A DNA stretch of 54,623 nt from Candidatus Uhrbacteria bacterium. Lineage in GTDB: Bacteria; Patescibacteriota; Patescibacteriia; UBA9934; GWF2-40-263. The first letter of the stretch is position 1. The number at the start of each line of letters is the position of its first letter. This document shows positions 38,884-49,385 of this stretch, in pieces. The stretch lies in the NCBI GenBank assembly GCA_016188475.1, contig JACPHT010000005.1:1-54623 (forward strand), in the 5' to 3' direction. A program made the translations under genes and the position numbers. The notes under the pieces were generated by a model. The model did no database searches. It was not told where the DNA came from and saw only the letters and a program-made list of their open reading frames with translations.

Positions 38884-40020
38884 ATGAAACTATCTTGTAC
38901 AAAAGAAAATCTTCATCAAGGATTGGGAATAACAAGTCATTTAATGACAAAAAATGTTAATCTCCCAATACTTCAAAACGTTTTAATGAAAGCAGAAGGA
39001 GGTTTTATTCGATTTACATCAACAAATTTAGAAATAGCAGTTCATTGTTCTGTTAGAGGGAAGGTTGAAGAAGTGGGAGAGAATACAATTCCAGCAAAAT
39101 TATTTTTTGATTACGTTTCTCTTCTTCCAAATGAAACAATTCACATCTCAACAAACAATGAAGTTGTAAATATTGAGTGTGGAAATTACAAAACAAAAAT
39201 AAACGGACTGTCAGCCTTTGAGTTTCCGCTCGTTCCAAAAGTTGAAGGTGAAACAACTTATCAAATTCCTATCGAAGATTTCAAAAAAGCTTTATCACAA
39301 GTATTATTTTCTGTTGCTTCAAACGAGTCACGACCAGAGCTAACAGGTGTGTTGATGAAGTTTTATAAATTCGAAGGGGAGGGGAGACTTAAAATAGCTT
39401 CAACCGATTCTTACAGACTTTCTGAAAAAATAATTCCTGTTATGAGTGAAATTATAGAGGAAAAACAAGTTGTGGTTCCAGCTAGGACACTTTCTGAAGT
39501 TAGTCGAATACTCTCGGTTTTCAAAGATGAAGTTGAACTTCCATCAACAATCACCCTTCAGCTTTCTCAAAATCAAGTTGTTTTTGTTTATGGTCCAGTC
39601 GAGCTTATATCAAGAGTAATTGATGAAAGTTATCCAGATTACGAACAAATTATTCCAAAACAGTTTCAAACAAAGGCTGTTTTGGACAGAGAAGACTTTA
39701 TGAAAGCTGTTAAAGCCGCCAGTTTGTTCTCAAAAAACGGGCTTTACGACGTTACTCTTCAGTTCGATCCTGCTGGTGGTTTGGTTGAGGTCCAATCCAC
39801 AGACGCGATTCGTGGGCAAAATTCAAGTTCTTGCCATGCAGATTTCGTTGGACAAAAAAATACAGTCACTGTAAATTATCGTTATCTTTTGGATGGACTT
39901 CAAGCTATTGACAACGAGCGCATAAATTTTGAGATGATTGATGCCTCAAACCCTTGTCTTCTCACTCCAGAAAGCAAGACAGAGGCTTACAGATATGTTC
40001 TGATGCCTATCAAGGCTTAG
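38884..40020 (+). CDS. dnaN: DNA polymerase III beta clamp
   Basis: LPILQNVL, TNLEI, SRPELTGV, TDSYRL, YPDY, VLMPIK. Confidence 0.97.
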   Translation: MKLSCTKENLHQGLGITSHLMTKNVNLPILQNVLMKAEGGFIRFTSTNLEIAVHCSVRGKVEEVGENTIPAKLFFDYVSLLPNETIHISTNNEVVNIECGNYKTKINGLSAFEFPLVPKVEGETTYQIPIEDFKKALSQVLFSVASNESRPELTGVLMKFYKFEGEGRLKIASTDSYRLSEKIIPVMSEIIEEKQVVVPARTLSEVSRILSVFKDEVELPSTITLQLSQNQVVFVYGPVELISRVIDESYPDYEQIIPKQFQTKAVLDREDFMKAVKAASLFSKNGLYDVTLQFDPAGGLVEVQSTDAIRGQNSSSCHADFVGQKNTVTVNYRYLLDGLQAIDNERINFEMIDASNPCLLTPESKTEAYRYVLMPIKA

Positions 40021-40034
40021 GTTTGACATCTGGT

Positions 40035-40158
40035 ATCTCTGCAAAACTCCCAATTATTGCCTGAGCCTGTCGAAGGCTGTGAATAAATGAGCCAAATTTT
40101 ACCCATTCGACAAGCTCAGGGAATGAAATTTGGCAACCAATTCGACTTTTGCAGAGAT
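40035..40158. mobile_element. MITE/REP-doublet copy
   Basis: TIR atctctgcaaaa/ttttgcagagat around the two inverted cores. Confidence 0.8.
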
Positions 40159-40199
40159 CCAATCTAACATTTAACATCTAATATCTAACATCCAAAATT

Positions 40200-41390
40200 A
40201 TGAAATCCAATAGTGCGATATTATGGGCAATCGCGATTGTGATCGTGATTCTAGGGATCGTGTACTTTTCAAAACCTGGTCCAGAAGCGCCAGCAACTCC
40301 AATGGAGGGAGAAGCCGCTTTTGAAATTCCAGATGGTCCAATTGTGCTCGGTGCGATGGATCCACTAACAGGAGAAGGTGCGGTTTACGGTATCCCTCTT
40401 CAGAACGCAACAATGCTTGCTGTGAACGAGATTAACGCGGCAGGCGGTGTAAAAGGTCATCAACTTCAACTTGTCTGGGAAGATTCAAAATGTAATCCTC
40501 AAGACGGCGGTGCGGCCGCGCAAAAACTGATTGAAGTTGATAAAGTTTCGTTCATTATCAGCGGAGATTGTTCTGGCGCGGCTCTTGCGGCGGCGACTTT
40601 AACAGAACCAGCTGGTGTTATGCTTTTTTCCGCAGCGGCATCAAGTCCTGATCTTTCAACAGCTGGGGATTTAGTGTTCCGATCTTACCCATCTGATGCA
40701 ATGGCAGGCCGTGTAATTGCTTCTTATGTTATAAAACAATTGTCTGTAAAAAAAGTTGCTGTTATTTCAGAACAGACTGATTATGCTCAAGGTCTGCGAG
40801 GATCTTTTACAACAGCTTCTAAAGAATTTGGCGCAGAAGTTGTAGGAGATGAAACATACAACACCGGAGACACAGATTTCCGCACACAAATTTTGAAACT
40901 GAAGTCAGTAAGTCCTGATTCGCTTTATGTTGTTCCTCAAACTCCAGTAACAGGTGTTCAGATATTAAAGCAATTAAAAGAAAGTGGATTTAAAGCAGTC
41001 ATATTGGTTTCTGATACGATGCTTGGTTCAGACACAATTTCACAAAACAAAGCTTTGTATGCTGATGTTTACTCACCAACACCAGAACTTGACGCGTCTC
41101 GTCCAGTTACCAAACGCTTTCTTGATAATTTTCAAGCGGCTTACGATCATGCTCCAGAATTTCCAGCTTATATGGCCGCGGCTTATGATCAAGTCTATAT
41201 GTTGAAAGACGCGTTTGAAAAGGTCGGAATAGATCAAAAAGCTGTTCGTGATTGGTTGTATGAAGTTGAAAATTGGCCAGGCGCGCTTGGAGACACTTCG
41301 TTTGATCAGTATGGTGACCCAATTATCGGTTATCACATCAAACACGTTGTAAATGGCGAACAACAAGATCTTGGTGCATATACACCGTAA
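40200..41390 (+). CDS. Branched-chain amino acid ABC transporter substrate-binding protein (LivK/LivJ-like)
   Basis: PLTGEGAVYG, EINAAGG, EDSKC, TDFRTQI. Confidence 0.9.
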   Translation: MKSNSAILWAIAIVIVILGIVYFSKPGPEAPATPMEGEAAFEIPDGPIVLGAMDPLTGEGAVYGIPLQNATMLAVNEINAAGGVKGHQLQLVWEDSKCNPQDGGAAAQKLIEVDKVSFIISGDCSGAALAAATLTEPAGVMLFSAAASSPDLSTAGDLVFRSYPSDAMAGRVIASYVIKQLSVKKVAVISEQTDYAQGLRGSFTTASKEFGAEVVGDETYNTGDTDFRTQILKLKSVSPDSLYVVPQTPVTGVQILKQLKESGFKAVILVSDTMLGSDTISQNKALYADVYSPTPELDASRPVTKRFLDNFQAAYDHAPEFPAYMAAAYDQVYMLKDAFEKVGIDQKAVRDWLYEVENWPGALGDTSFDQYGDPIIGYHIKHVVNGEQQDLGAYTP

Positions 41391-41398
41391 TAAAATAA

Positions 41399-41433
41399 AA
41401 AAGACCCGCGTTCGTTTACGGGTCTTTTGTTTT
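41399..41433 (+). terminator. Intrinsic terminator after the livK-like gene
   Basis: aaaagacccg..cgggtctttt followed by a T run. Confidence 0.6.
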
Positions 41434-41479
41434 TTACATAGAATAATCATGGTAAACCTGTCGTAAATTATTAAATTCA

Positions 41480-41650
41480 AAAAATTTATCTCCTGAGCCT
41501 GTCGAAGGAATAAATTTTAAGCTTTTCGTCGTTGGTGTTGTACGGTCTGGCTTTCAGCCAGGCATCGTCCAACCCGTCTCGGAGGTACGAAGCCAAGCAG
41601 TTGGCTTCTTTACTCCTCCTCGACTCCCTTCGACAAGCTCAGGGAATAAC
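41480..41650. repeat. MITE/REP cores in the livK-livH spacer
   Basis: cctgagcctgtcgaagg near 41492 and cccttcgacaagctcaggg near 41626. Confidence 0.7.
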
Positions 41651-41684
41651 AACGTTTCATAATTCACAACCCCATGACTTTCTT

Positions 41685-42554
41685 ATGTGGATCATAGCTC
41701 AAATTTTCATAAATGCCATTATCGCTGGATCTGTTTACGCGCTTGTTGCGTCAGGCCTTACTTTTATTTATGCAACAAGCCGCATTTTTCACCTAGCGCA
41801 TGGCGTAGTGATTTTGTTTGGAGCGTACATTTTTCATTTTGTTTGGGTTGAACAAGGTTTGTCTCCAGCGCTTGGTGTTTTATTTTCAATTCTTGGAAGT
41901 GTGGCAATTGGACTTCTTATGAACGAATTGGTTTACGAACAACAACGCAAACGTCATGCAAAACGTTTGGCATATCTGATCTCAACAATAGCGCTTCTAA
42001 TGCTCGGAACTTCATCCATCATTCTGATTTTCAACACAAGTTTAAAATCGTTCAATATTCAAACAACAGTTTATAGGTTTGATCAATTGAATATAACTTT
42101 GATGCAGATTATTTTAATTGTTATTTCGTGTTTTTTACTTTTGATACTTTCCGCAGTTGTAAAATATACTAAATTCGGAAAGGCAATGCGCGCGACTTCT
42201 GACAATGATGAGGTTGCATCAATCATGGGGATCAACACTCGCCAAATTCGTAGATTGTCTTTTGGAATCGGATCGTTGTTAGCCGCTGTTGCCGGAATTT
42301 TGATTGGACTTGAATTTAATATAGATCCAAATATGGGAGTCTATTTGGCAATCAAAGGATTTACAGCAATGGTGATCGGAGGAGTCGGTTCAATCGGTGG
42401 TGCTATTTTTGGTGCGTTTCTTGTTGGTTTTTTTGAACAGATTGCTGTTTGGTATTTTGGTGCTGGTTGGAAAAATTCAATTGCGTTTGTTTTACTTTTC
42501 TTTTTTTTACTTCTTCGACCACGAGGAATTTTTGGCCTAAAGCGATTTAGATAA
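41685..42554 (+). CDS. livH: Branched-chain amino acid ABC permease
   Basis: YALVASGLTFIY..FHLAHG, GKAMRA..GI; start revised to MWIIAQ. Confidence 0.88.
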   Translation: MWIIAQIFINAIIAGSVYALVASGLTFIYATSRIFHLAHGVVILFGAYIFHFVWVEQGLSPALGVLFSILGSVAIGLLMNELVYEQQRKRHAKRLAYLISTIALLMLGTSSIILIFNTSLKSFNIQTTVYRFDQLNITLMQIILIVISCFLLLILSAVVKYTKFGKAMRATSDNDEVASIMGINTRQIRRLSFGIGSLLAAVAGILIGLEFNIDPNMGVYLAIKGFTAMVIGGVGSIGGAIFGAFLVGFFEQIAVWYFGAGWKNSIAFVLLFFFLLLRPRGIFGLKRFR

Positions 42555-42557
42555 ATT

Positions 42558-43418
42558 ATGTTTGCGTTTTTGATTTATATTTTGACACTCATTTGCATTT
42601 ACTCGATTATCGTGATGTCTTTGAATTTAGCAATGGGATACACAGGTTTGGTTAACTTCGGCCACATTGGACTTTTAGGAGTTGGCGCGTACACGTCGGC
42701 TATTTTAACGACGAAATTTGATGTGTCGTTTATTTTTGCGATCACTTTCGCGGCTATTTTGTGTGCTCTTATTGGGGCTTTGCTTTCTATTCCAAGTCGA
42801 AAAATAAAAGATGATTATTTTGCGCTTCTCACACTTGGTTTTTTGTTTGTTTCTGGAGCTGTTTTTATAAATTGGACAGACATGACTCGCGGCACTCTTG
42901 GAATCAGAGGAATCGTGCGTCCTGAAGGATTTGCAGAACCAATCTCTTTTTTTGTGCTGACCTTTATTATGTCTCTTGTAACTTTTTTTATTCTAGAAAA
43001 AGTTACTAATTCACCTTTTGGTCGTGTGCTTGAAGCGATTCGAGATGATGAGCAAGTTGCTGAGAGTTTGGGAAAAAATATTGATCGCGCGAAAATGGTA
43101 GCAATGACACTTTCAGGATTTTTTGTTGGAATTGCAGGAGTTTTTATGGCGCATTTTATTCGTTTCATAAATCCTGCGAGTTTTTGGCTTGACCCACTTG
43201 TAATCTCTCTCGCCGCTGTTGTGATTGGGGGTCTCGCATCGCTTCGTGGATCAATTCTTGGTGTAATTTTAGTTTTTACAATTTCTGAATCGCTTAGATT
43301 TCTTTCACTTCCGTCAACAATGATTGGTCCAATGCGTGTTATTTTGTTTATGATTGTTTTACTTGTTGTGATTTTGTTTAGACCAAAAGGAATAATTGGG
43401 AGAGCCGATTTAGATTAG
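42558..43418 (+). CDS. livM: Branched-chain amino acid ABC permease
   Basis: GYTGLVNFGH, YFALLTLG, SPFGRVLEAIRDDE. Confidence 0.88.
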   Translation: MFAFLIYILTLICIYSIIVMSLNLAMGYTGLVNFGHIGLLGVGAYTSAILTTKFDVSFIFAITFAAILCALIGALLSIPSRKIKDDYFALLTLGFLFVSGAVFINWTDMTRGTLGIRGIVRPEGFAEPISFFVLTFIMSLVTFFILEKVTNSPFGRVLEAIRDDEQVAESLGKNIDRAKMVAMTLSGFFVGIAGVFMAHFIRFINPASFWLDPLVISLAAVVIGGLASLRGSILGVILVFTISESLRFLSLPSTMIGPMRVILFMIVLLVVILFRPKGIIGRADLD

Positions 43419-43511
43419 AGACCTATGCAAAACTCCCATAGCCAAATTTTACCCATTCGACAAGCTCAGGGAATAAAATTTGGCATTTAATTCGAGTTTT
43501 GCAGATGTCTC
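43418..43511. mobile_element. Short MITE copy (single core)
   Basis: TIR gagacctatgcaaaactc/gagttttgcagatgtctc. Confidence 0.8.
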
Positions 43512-43519
43512 ATTAACGT

Positions 43520-44263
43520 ATGCTTAAACTTCAAAACATTTCAAAATCATTTGGCGGAGTTCAAGCAGTCAAAAACTGCTCATTTGAGATTGAGAAAAAC
43601 AGTATCACAGCACTTGTGGGCCCAAATGGCGCTGGTAAAACAACCGTTTTCAATTTGGTTTCTGGTTTTTCAAATCCTGACAAAGGTGATATTTTTTTTG
43701 AAAATAAAAAACTCAATCATCTTCCAATTTGGAAACGGTCACGGCTTGGAATTTCACGAACATTTCAACTCTCAAGAATGTTCAGAAATTTAAGTATTGA
43801 GGATAATTTGTTGATCGCGCTTCGTGAAGACGATGATAAATTTCTCAAAATGTTTTTACGTGATGTTGAAGGAGACAAACAAGAAAAAAATCGCATCTAT
43901 GAAATAATGGATTTTGTTGGACTTAAAAAAGATCCGAAAACAATAGTAACAGATCTTTCATATGGTCAGCAAAAACTTTTTGATTTGTCCCGAGCGCTTC
44001 TTAACAGTCACGAATTTTTGATGCTTGACGAACCTGTCGCTGGAGTCAATCCGATTTTGCGAGACACATTCAAAAAACTCTTAAAAGAATTAAAAGCCAA
44101 AGGCGAAACAATTCTATTGATTGAGCACGATATGGATTTTGTACGCCACGTTGCGGACACTGTGATTGTGATGGATCAGGGAAGCGTTTTGGCAGAAGGC
44201 GATCCAGAATATATTTTTTCCGATAAAAAAGTTCTCGAAGCGTATCTTGGAACAACAGTATGA
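43520..44263 (+). CDS. livG: ABC ATPase
   Basis: GPNGAGKTT, RTFQ, LSYGQQK, LDEPVAG, IEHDM. Confidence 0.9.
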   Translation: MLKLQNISKSFGGVQAVKNCSFEIEKNSITALVGPNGAGKTTVFNLVSGFSNPDKGDIFFENKKLNHLPIWKRSRLGISRTFQLSRMFRNLSIEDNLLIALREDDDKFLKMFLRDVEGDKQEKNRIYEIMDFVGLKKDPKTIVTDLSYGQQKLFDLSRALLNSHEFLMLDEPVAGVNPILRDTFKKLLKELKAKGETILLIEHDMDFVRHVADTVIVMDQGSVLAEGDPEYIFSDKKVLEAYLGTTV

Positions 44264-44811
44264 CGCTTATTATTCCTAAACAACCTGACAAAATCACTTT
44301 ACGTGTTGATCATCTTTGGAATGGGGAGGTTTGTCAAAACGATCGTGTTTTTGCAGATATAGAAATTTCAGAACACCAAAACGGATTTAATGTTAAAGTT
44401 GAATCGCCTGTCTTGCATGATCAAAAAATTCCAATAGAAGCCGCGACTGGATCAAGAGTTGAAGGTCTCTGGAATTACGACGTTGTTGAATTATTTTTAG
44501 TTGGTCCTGGACATCGGTATTTAGAAATTGAACTTGGAGCAGGGGGGCATTTTCTTATTTTGGGTTTTGATCGCATTCGCCATTGCTCAAATGAATATAA
44601 AAATTTTCAACCAATTTTAAGTCATAAAAAAACTCTTGGAAAAACTTGGGTTTCAGAATTGATGATTCCGTGGAAAATTGTTCCTGAAAATCTGCGCGCA
44701 CTGAACGTTTTTATGATTGCATCTGGGCAATTTTTATCTTACAGTCCGCTTCCAGGCGATAAACCAGACTTTCATCAACCTGATTTTTATCCATATGCTT
44801 CTTCACATTGA
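44260..44811 (+). CDS. UPF0462/C4orf33-like (DOMON/CBM9-like fold) protein
   Basis: H.W.G, LWNYDVVELF, YLEIEL..G, PW, KPDFH motifs match my recollection of C4orf33. Confidence 0.7.
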   Translation: MTLIIPKQPDKITLRVDHLWNGEVCQNDRVFADIEISEHQNGFNVKVESPVLHDQKIPIEAATGSRVEGLWNYDVVELFLVGPGHRYLEIELGAGGHFLILGFDRIRHCSNEYKNFQPILSHKKTLGKTWVSELMIPWKIVPENLRALNVFMIASGQFLSYSPLPGDKPDFHQPDFYPYASSH

Positions 44812-45499
44812 AAATCTTTCAGCAGGTTACGGACAATTACGTGTTCTCAATAATGTCTCGCTTAGTGTTGGTGTCGGGGAGATGGTTGTTTTGATAGGCC
44901 CAAACGGCGCTGGAAAGTCAACCATTCTTAAATCAATTTTTGGTTTGACAACTAAAATGAATGGTCAAATTTTGTTTGACGCGCTAAATATAACATCACT
45001 TCCAACACACTCTTTAATAGAACAAGGAATTGGTTTTGTTCCACAAGGTCGTCTTATTTTTCCAACAATGACAGTTAAAGAAAATCTTGAGATCGGAGGG
45101 TATCTTATTGATCACAAAGAAACACTTCACAAAAGTTTGGATTACGTTTTTGGTCTTTTTTCTGTTTTGAAAGAAAAACAACAAGAGCTTGCTGGAAATT
45201 TATCAGGTGGACAACAACAGCAGTTGGCAATTGGACGTGCGCTTATGATGCGCCCTAAGCTTTTGATGCTTGATGAACCATCTTTGGGCTTATCACCAAA
45301 ACTAACTCAAGAAGTATTTCATATATTGCAAAAAATTCGAGAAGAAGGAACAACTCTCCTTATTGTTGAACAAAATGTTCGTTTGGCTCTTAGTTATGTT
45401 GATCGCGGGCATTTACTCTCTAATGGAAAAATTATTTTTTCTGGCACAGCAAAAGAGCTTGGAGATGAAAAGATAATGCACAACGCATATCTTTCTTAA
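44795..45499 (+). CDS. livF: ABC ATPase
   Basis: GPNGAGKST, VPQGR.IF, LSGGQQQ, LDEPSLGLSP, VEQN. Confidence 0.9.
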   Translation: MLLHIENLSAGYGQLRVLNNVSLSVGVGEMVVLIGPNGAGKSTILKSIFGLTTKMNGQILFDALNITSLPTHSLIEQGIGFVPQGRLIFPTMTVKENLEIGGYLIDHKETLHKSLDYVFGLFSVLKEKQQELAGNLSGGQQQQLAIGRALMMRPKLLMLDEPSLGLSPKLTQEVFHILQKIREEGTTLLIVEQNVRLALSYVDRGHLLSNGKIIFSGTAKELGDEKIMHNAYLS

Positions 45500-48417
45500 A
45501 AAAGATCCAAGTCGTTTTGAGGAATAAATAAATCAGACTCTGTTTGTGAATTTGAACTTGTAGGATTTATTGTAATAAGAACTCCCGAAGTTTGAGTTGT
45601 TGTTCCTTGTTTTGTTGTACCTTCCGCAAACAAAGCATAAGTTCCTGTTTGAGGAAGTGTCCAATCAAATGTTGAAAAAACTGTGTTTGGATTTGATTGC
45701 TGACCAATGAGTTGCCGTCCTTCAGAACCTGAAGGATCAACATAAACCCTGATTGAACTGTAATCGTCGGGTTTTTTTACAGAAACAACAATTGTATATT
45801 TTTCCGATGTTCGTTCAATTGTTTGTCCGTGTTTTGGATCAATAATTGTCAGAGAGTCTTCAGACGCGTCTTCTGAAACTTGAACACTAACAGAGTTTGA
45901 ACCTTGATTCTCTGCATCATCAAATGCGACACTTTTGAGTGAATGTGTTCCTCGTCCAATTGAATTTGGAAGTGTTGAATTGAATTTGTATGGAGAAGTT
46001 TCGTCTGATCCCAGATAAGCGCCATCAATATAAAATTCAATTCGCGAAATTTTTCTCGGTGCAGAAGCCAAAACTTCGATGCTTATTTGTCTTCCAATAA
46101 ATTGATTGTCTTGAGGAGACAAGATTTTTACAGAAGGAAAGTTTTCTGGAACATGAATATCGTCGTATTGCGTTGGAGGATCTGATTGAGTGATTTTCTT
46201 TCCAGTTTCTTGCTCTTTTTTTTCAATCCAGTTTTTAATACCAACCTCCCACGGCTCATAATATGGATCAGAGTTTGGGTCTTTTGGAGTATCTCCAGTA
46301 GGGTCTGCTCTGTCTATGTAATGAAGCAGTGAATGAAATTCGGCAAATGTTCTTTCTTCTTTTTGTGATGTCGGTGTGAATTCGGTTGCAAGTTTTCCAG
46401 ATATTTTGTCAATGACCACCGTTGATGCTGCAAGTTTTCCGTCCAAAACCGGCTTCCCAGTTGCTTTGATTATTGGCGGAGTGAAAGTTTCAATGTTTGT
46501 TTTTTCAAGCACTCGTTTCATAAACGCGTTCCATATCGGACCAGCCGCAGAAAAACCTCCTGCGCTTTTTGTCATTTCAGTGTTGTTATTGTTTCCAGCC
46601 CAAACTCCAACAGCAAGAGACGGGGTGTAACCCAAGAGCCAAGCGTCTCTGTTGTTATTTGTTGTTCCTGTTTTTGCAGCGACCGGTCTATCTCCAAGCT
46701 GGAGTGGACTATTTAGGCCAAACACTGCAGAGCGAGCGTTATTGTCCGACAAAACATTCGTAATAGTTCGCGCGATATTTTCATCCATCACTTTTTTTCC
46801 TTCTTTTTGTTTCCATTCTTCAAGAGTTTCGCCGTTTGCATCTTCTATTTTTAGAATTGAAACAGGTTCGAATTGTTTTCCTTCATTTGCAAACGCGGCA
46901 TAAGTGTTTACGTGCTCTAGAAGTTTTACCTCGCCCCCGCCAAGAACAAGAGAAAGACCAAAAGCGCTGTGATCTCCAAACGATGTGTAACCAAGGGAAG
47001 TCGCAAAATCAAGAGCGTTTTCAACCCCAACCATATACAACATTTTTACGGCCGGTATGTTAAGTGAGAGCTGGAGGGCGTCCCTTAGCCTAACAGGCCC
47101 TCGTTCTTTTAGGTCGTAATCGTGTGGTGTGTATGTTCCTGTGACAGTTGGAAAATCAGTTACAACATCCCACACAACAGTGTTTGGCGTGTATCCCATT
47201 TCAAAAGCCTTTGCGTATACAATAGGTTTGAAGCTTGAACCTGGCTGGCGAAGTCGTGTTGCAACATTGACTTGGCCATCAATTGTTTCATCAAAATAAT
47301 CCTTTGATCCAACCATGCTTAAGATTTGTCCGTTTTTTGGATCAATCGCTACAAGCGCGGCATTGCTGAATTTTAAACTCGGGCCTTTTTCATCAACATG
47401 TTTTTTAACCTCTTCTTCAGCAATTTTTTGGTAGTCGTAGTTTAGAGTTGTAATGACTTTTAATCCGCCAGCTTCTGCGACTTGTTGTCCGAATTTTTCC
47501 TCAAGTTGCTCTTTTACATAAAGCACAAAGTGAGGCGCTTCAATGTTTACTAGCTTGACCTTTAATGGTGTTGCTTCTTTTTTTGCTGATTTAAGTTGAT
47601 CTTCAGTAATAAAACCAAGATTTTTCATTTCATTAAGAATATAATCGCGCCGAGCAAGTAAACGGTCTGGGTTGTTGAGGTATGTTGTTGGGGCTTTTGG
47701 AAGAGCGGCAAGCGTCGCGGCTTCAGCAAGGGTGATCTCATTCACACTTTTTTTGAAAAGATTTTGAGACGCCGCTTCTATTCCATAATATGTTGATCCG
47801 TACGGAATTTCATTAAAATAAATTTGAAGGATTTCATCTTTTGTGTACCTTCGCTCAAGTTCAACAGAAAGCATCAACTCTTTTATTTTACGAGTGAATG
47901 TTTTTTCGTTCGAAAGTATCGCATTTTTCACAAGCTGTTGAGTAAGAGTGGAGCCACCAACGCGATTACCTCGCAGGTTTTCCAAAAATGCTCTAACGAT
48001 TCCTTTTATATCAAACCCGCTATGTTTACAAAAACTGCGGTCTTCTGCGGCTATTGTCGCTTGCAGCGCAAAAAGTGGGATCCCGTTTTTATTTGTCTCA
48101 AGATTTTTATCGTCTTTACAAAATCCTTCTTGAACTTTTTTCAACGTTCTATTTTCACTTCCAAAAATTTCATAAAGTAAATGTTCTCCTGTCCGGTCGT
48201 AAATTTTTGTTGTTTGAGAAATACTTCGCTCGGTCAAACTGTTTGGATTTGGCAATTGGCGGCTTGCGAAAGCCATTACACCCACAAGAATAAGCGACAG
48301 AGCAAAACCCAGCGCGATTGCAAGCAGAATCAAATTTTTTATGAGTTGTTTTCGAGAAGAACGCGATCTTGGTTTCCAACCTTGTGTGTTGTGTATATAT
48401 TGTGACATAACGGTCAT
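45496..48417 (-). CDS. Class A penicillin-binding protein with C-terminal Ig-like domains
   Basis: Transglycosylase ED..F..H.G, GGSTLTQQ, RKIKE; transpeptidase SSFK, SLN, KTG. Confidence 0.95.
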   Translation of the reverse strand: MTVMSQYIHNTQGWKPRSRSSRKQLIKNLILLAIALGFALSLILVGVMAFASRQLPNPNSLTERSISQTTKIYDRTGEHLLYEIFGSENRTLKKVQEGFCKDDKNLETNKNGIPLFALQATIAAEDRSFCKHSGFDIKGIVRAFLENLRGNRVGGSTLTQQLVKNAILSNEKTFTRKIKELMLSVELERRYTKDEILQIYFNEIPYGSTYYGIEAASQNLFKKSVNEITLAEAATLAALPKAPTTYLNNPDRLLARRDYILNEMKNLGFITEDQLKSAKKEATPLKVKLVNIEAPHFVLYVKEQLEEKFGQQVAEAGGLKVITTLNYDYQKIAEEEVKKHVDEKGPSLKFSNAALVAIDPKNGQILSMVGSKDYFDETIDGQVNVATRLRQPGSSFKPIVYAKAFEMGYTPNTVVWDVVTDFPTVTGTYTPHDYDLKERGPVRLRDALQLSLNIPAVKMLYMVGVENALDFATSLGYTSFGDHSAFGLSLVLGGGEVKLLEHVNTYAAFANEGKQFEPVSILKIEDANGETLEEWKQKEGKKVMDENIARTITNVLSDNNARSAVFGLNSPLQLGDRPVAAKTGTTNNNRDAWLLGYTPSLAVGVWAGNNNNTEMTKSAGGFSAAGPIWNAFMKRVLEKTNIETFTPPIIKATGKPVLDGKLAASTVVIDKISGKLATEFTPTSQKEERTFAEFHSLLHYIDRADPTGDTPKDPNSDPYYEPWEVGIKNWIEKKEQETGKKITQSDPPTQYDDIHVPENFPSVKILSPQDNQFIGRQISIEVLASAPRKISRIEFYIDGAYLGSDETSPYKFNSTLPNSIGRGTHSLKSVAFDDAENQGSNSVSVQVSEDASEDSLTIIDPKHGQTIERTSEKYTIVVSVKKPDDYSSIRVYVDPSGSEGRQLIGQQSNPNTVFSTFDWTLPQTGTYALFAEGTTKQGTTTQTSGVLITINPTSSNSQTESDLFIPQNDLDLF

Positions 48418-48564
48418 AGAATACCTGATTTTTAGGATAAATCAAAGACTTCGACAGTACACATAGATGTTACTTTTTCAACTTTTTTTGTTGATAAGTA
48501 TATTGACAAAAAGTCGTTTTTATGGTATCCTTCCGCCACTCCCAAGAACGCGGGAGTTTTTATT

Positions 48565-49188
48565 ATGTCGAATATACTTATCAAACAATTTATCGGAATG
48601 CTTGAGGAAGACGCGTTTTTCATGCGAACAGCGATGTATTGGATTTCTGATATCTTTGTGCCCATTCGAAAAATGTTGTTGTCGGCAAAACGTCACACTA
48701 TTGATGTTTCTTTGGCCGCATTCATTGCTATTATTGGAATATACGTCTTTTTTCCAACAATCGTTAACGCCGATATAGAAAAAGAACAAATTAATTTTGA
48801 TACACAAACCATTGGTCTTATTATTGAAGCAATGCAGAACGAAACTCGACCGTATGGTCGTTTGACTTTATCTCATGACGCGGCCCCGCGTCGAAGTTAT
48901 CGTGTTCCGATTACTGCATATACTTCAGAACCAGCACAGACTGATGATACTCCTTGTGTAACGGCTTCCGGACTTGATGTTTGCGAACGTGATATTGAAA
49001 ACGTTGTTGCCGCGAACTTTTTGCCGCTTGGAACCCGTGTTCGTATTCCAGAGTTATACGGCGACCGAGTTTTTTATGTTGAAGACCGAATGAACAAACG
49101 TTACAACTATAAAATGGATATTTGGATGAAAGAAAAATCAAATGCAAAAGTGTTTGGTGTCCAATACGCAACAATCGAAGTATTTTAA
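48565..49188 (+). CDS. 3D-domain (MltA-like) protein
   Basis: TAYTS..TDDTP..TASG, VAANFLPLGT, EDRM, MDIW. Confidence 0.88.
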   Translation: MSNILIKQFIGMLEEDAFFMRTAMYWISDIFVPIRKMLLSAKRHTIDVSLAAFIAIIGIYVFFPTIVNADIEKEQINFDTQTIGLIIEAMQNETRPYGRLTLSHDAAPRRSYRVPITAYTSEPAQTDDTPCVTASGLDVCERDIENVVAANFLPLGTRVRIPELYGDRVFYVEDRMNKRYNYKMDIWMKEKSNAKVFGVQYATIEVF

Positions 49189-49232
49189 CAAAAAACAGCC
49201 CGGCTAAAATCTGGGCTGTTTTAATTTTATTT

Positions 49233-49308
49233 TGGAGGCCACGGCCGGGGTTGAACCGGCGCATAGCGGTTTTGCAGACCGCCGCGTTAACCACTTCGCC
49301 ACGTGGCC
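49233..49308 (-). tRNA. tRNA-Cys(GCA)
   Basis: GGCCACGTGGCGAAGTGG..GCGGT-CTGCAAA-ACCGC..GGTTCAACCCCGG..TCCA. Confidence 0.95.
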
Positions 49309-49385
49309 ATAAACTCACTGTTCCGAAATGTATCAGAGTTTCTTTTCAAAATCAATGAAACTAGCTAAGATTAATTTTGAATTAT

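Noticed and set aside
41532-41684. N-terminal extension of LivH; likewise ORF 19944-20168 and the IscU extension from 51274
   Set aside because: Translations of repeat/MITE sequence; better starts lie downstream
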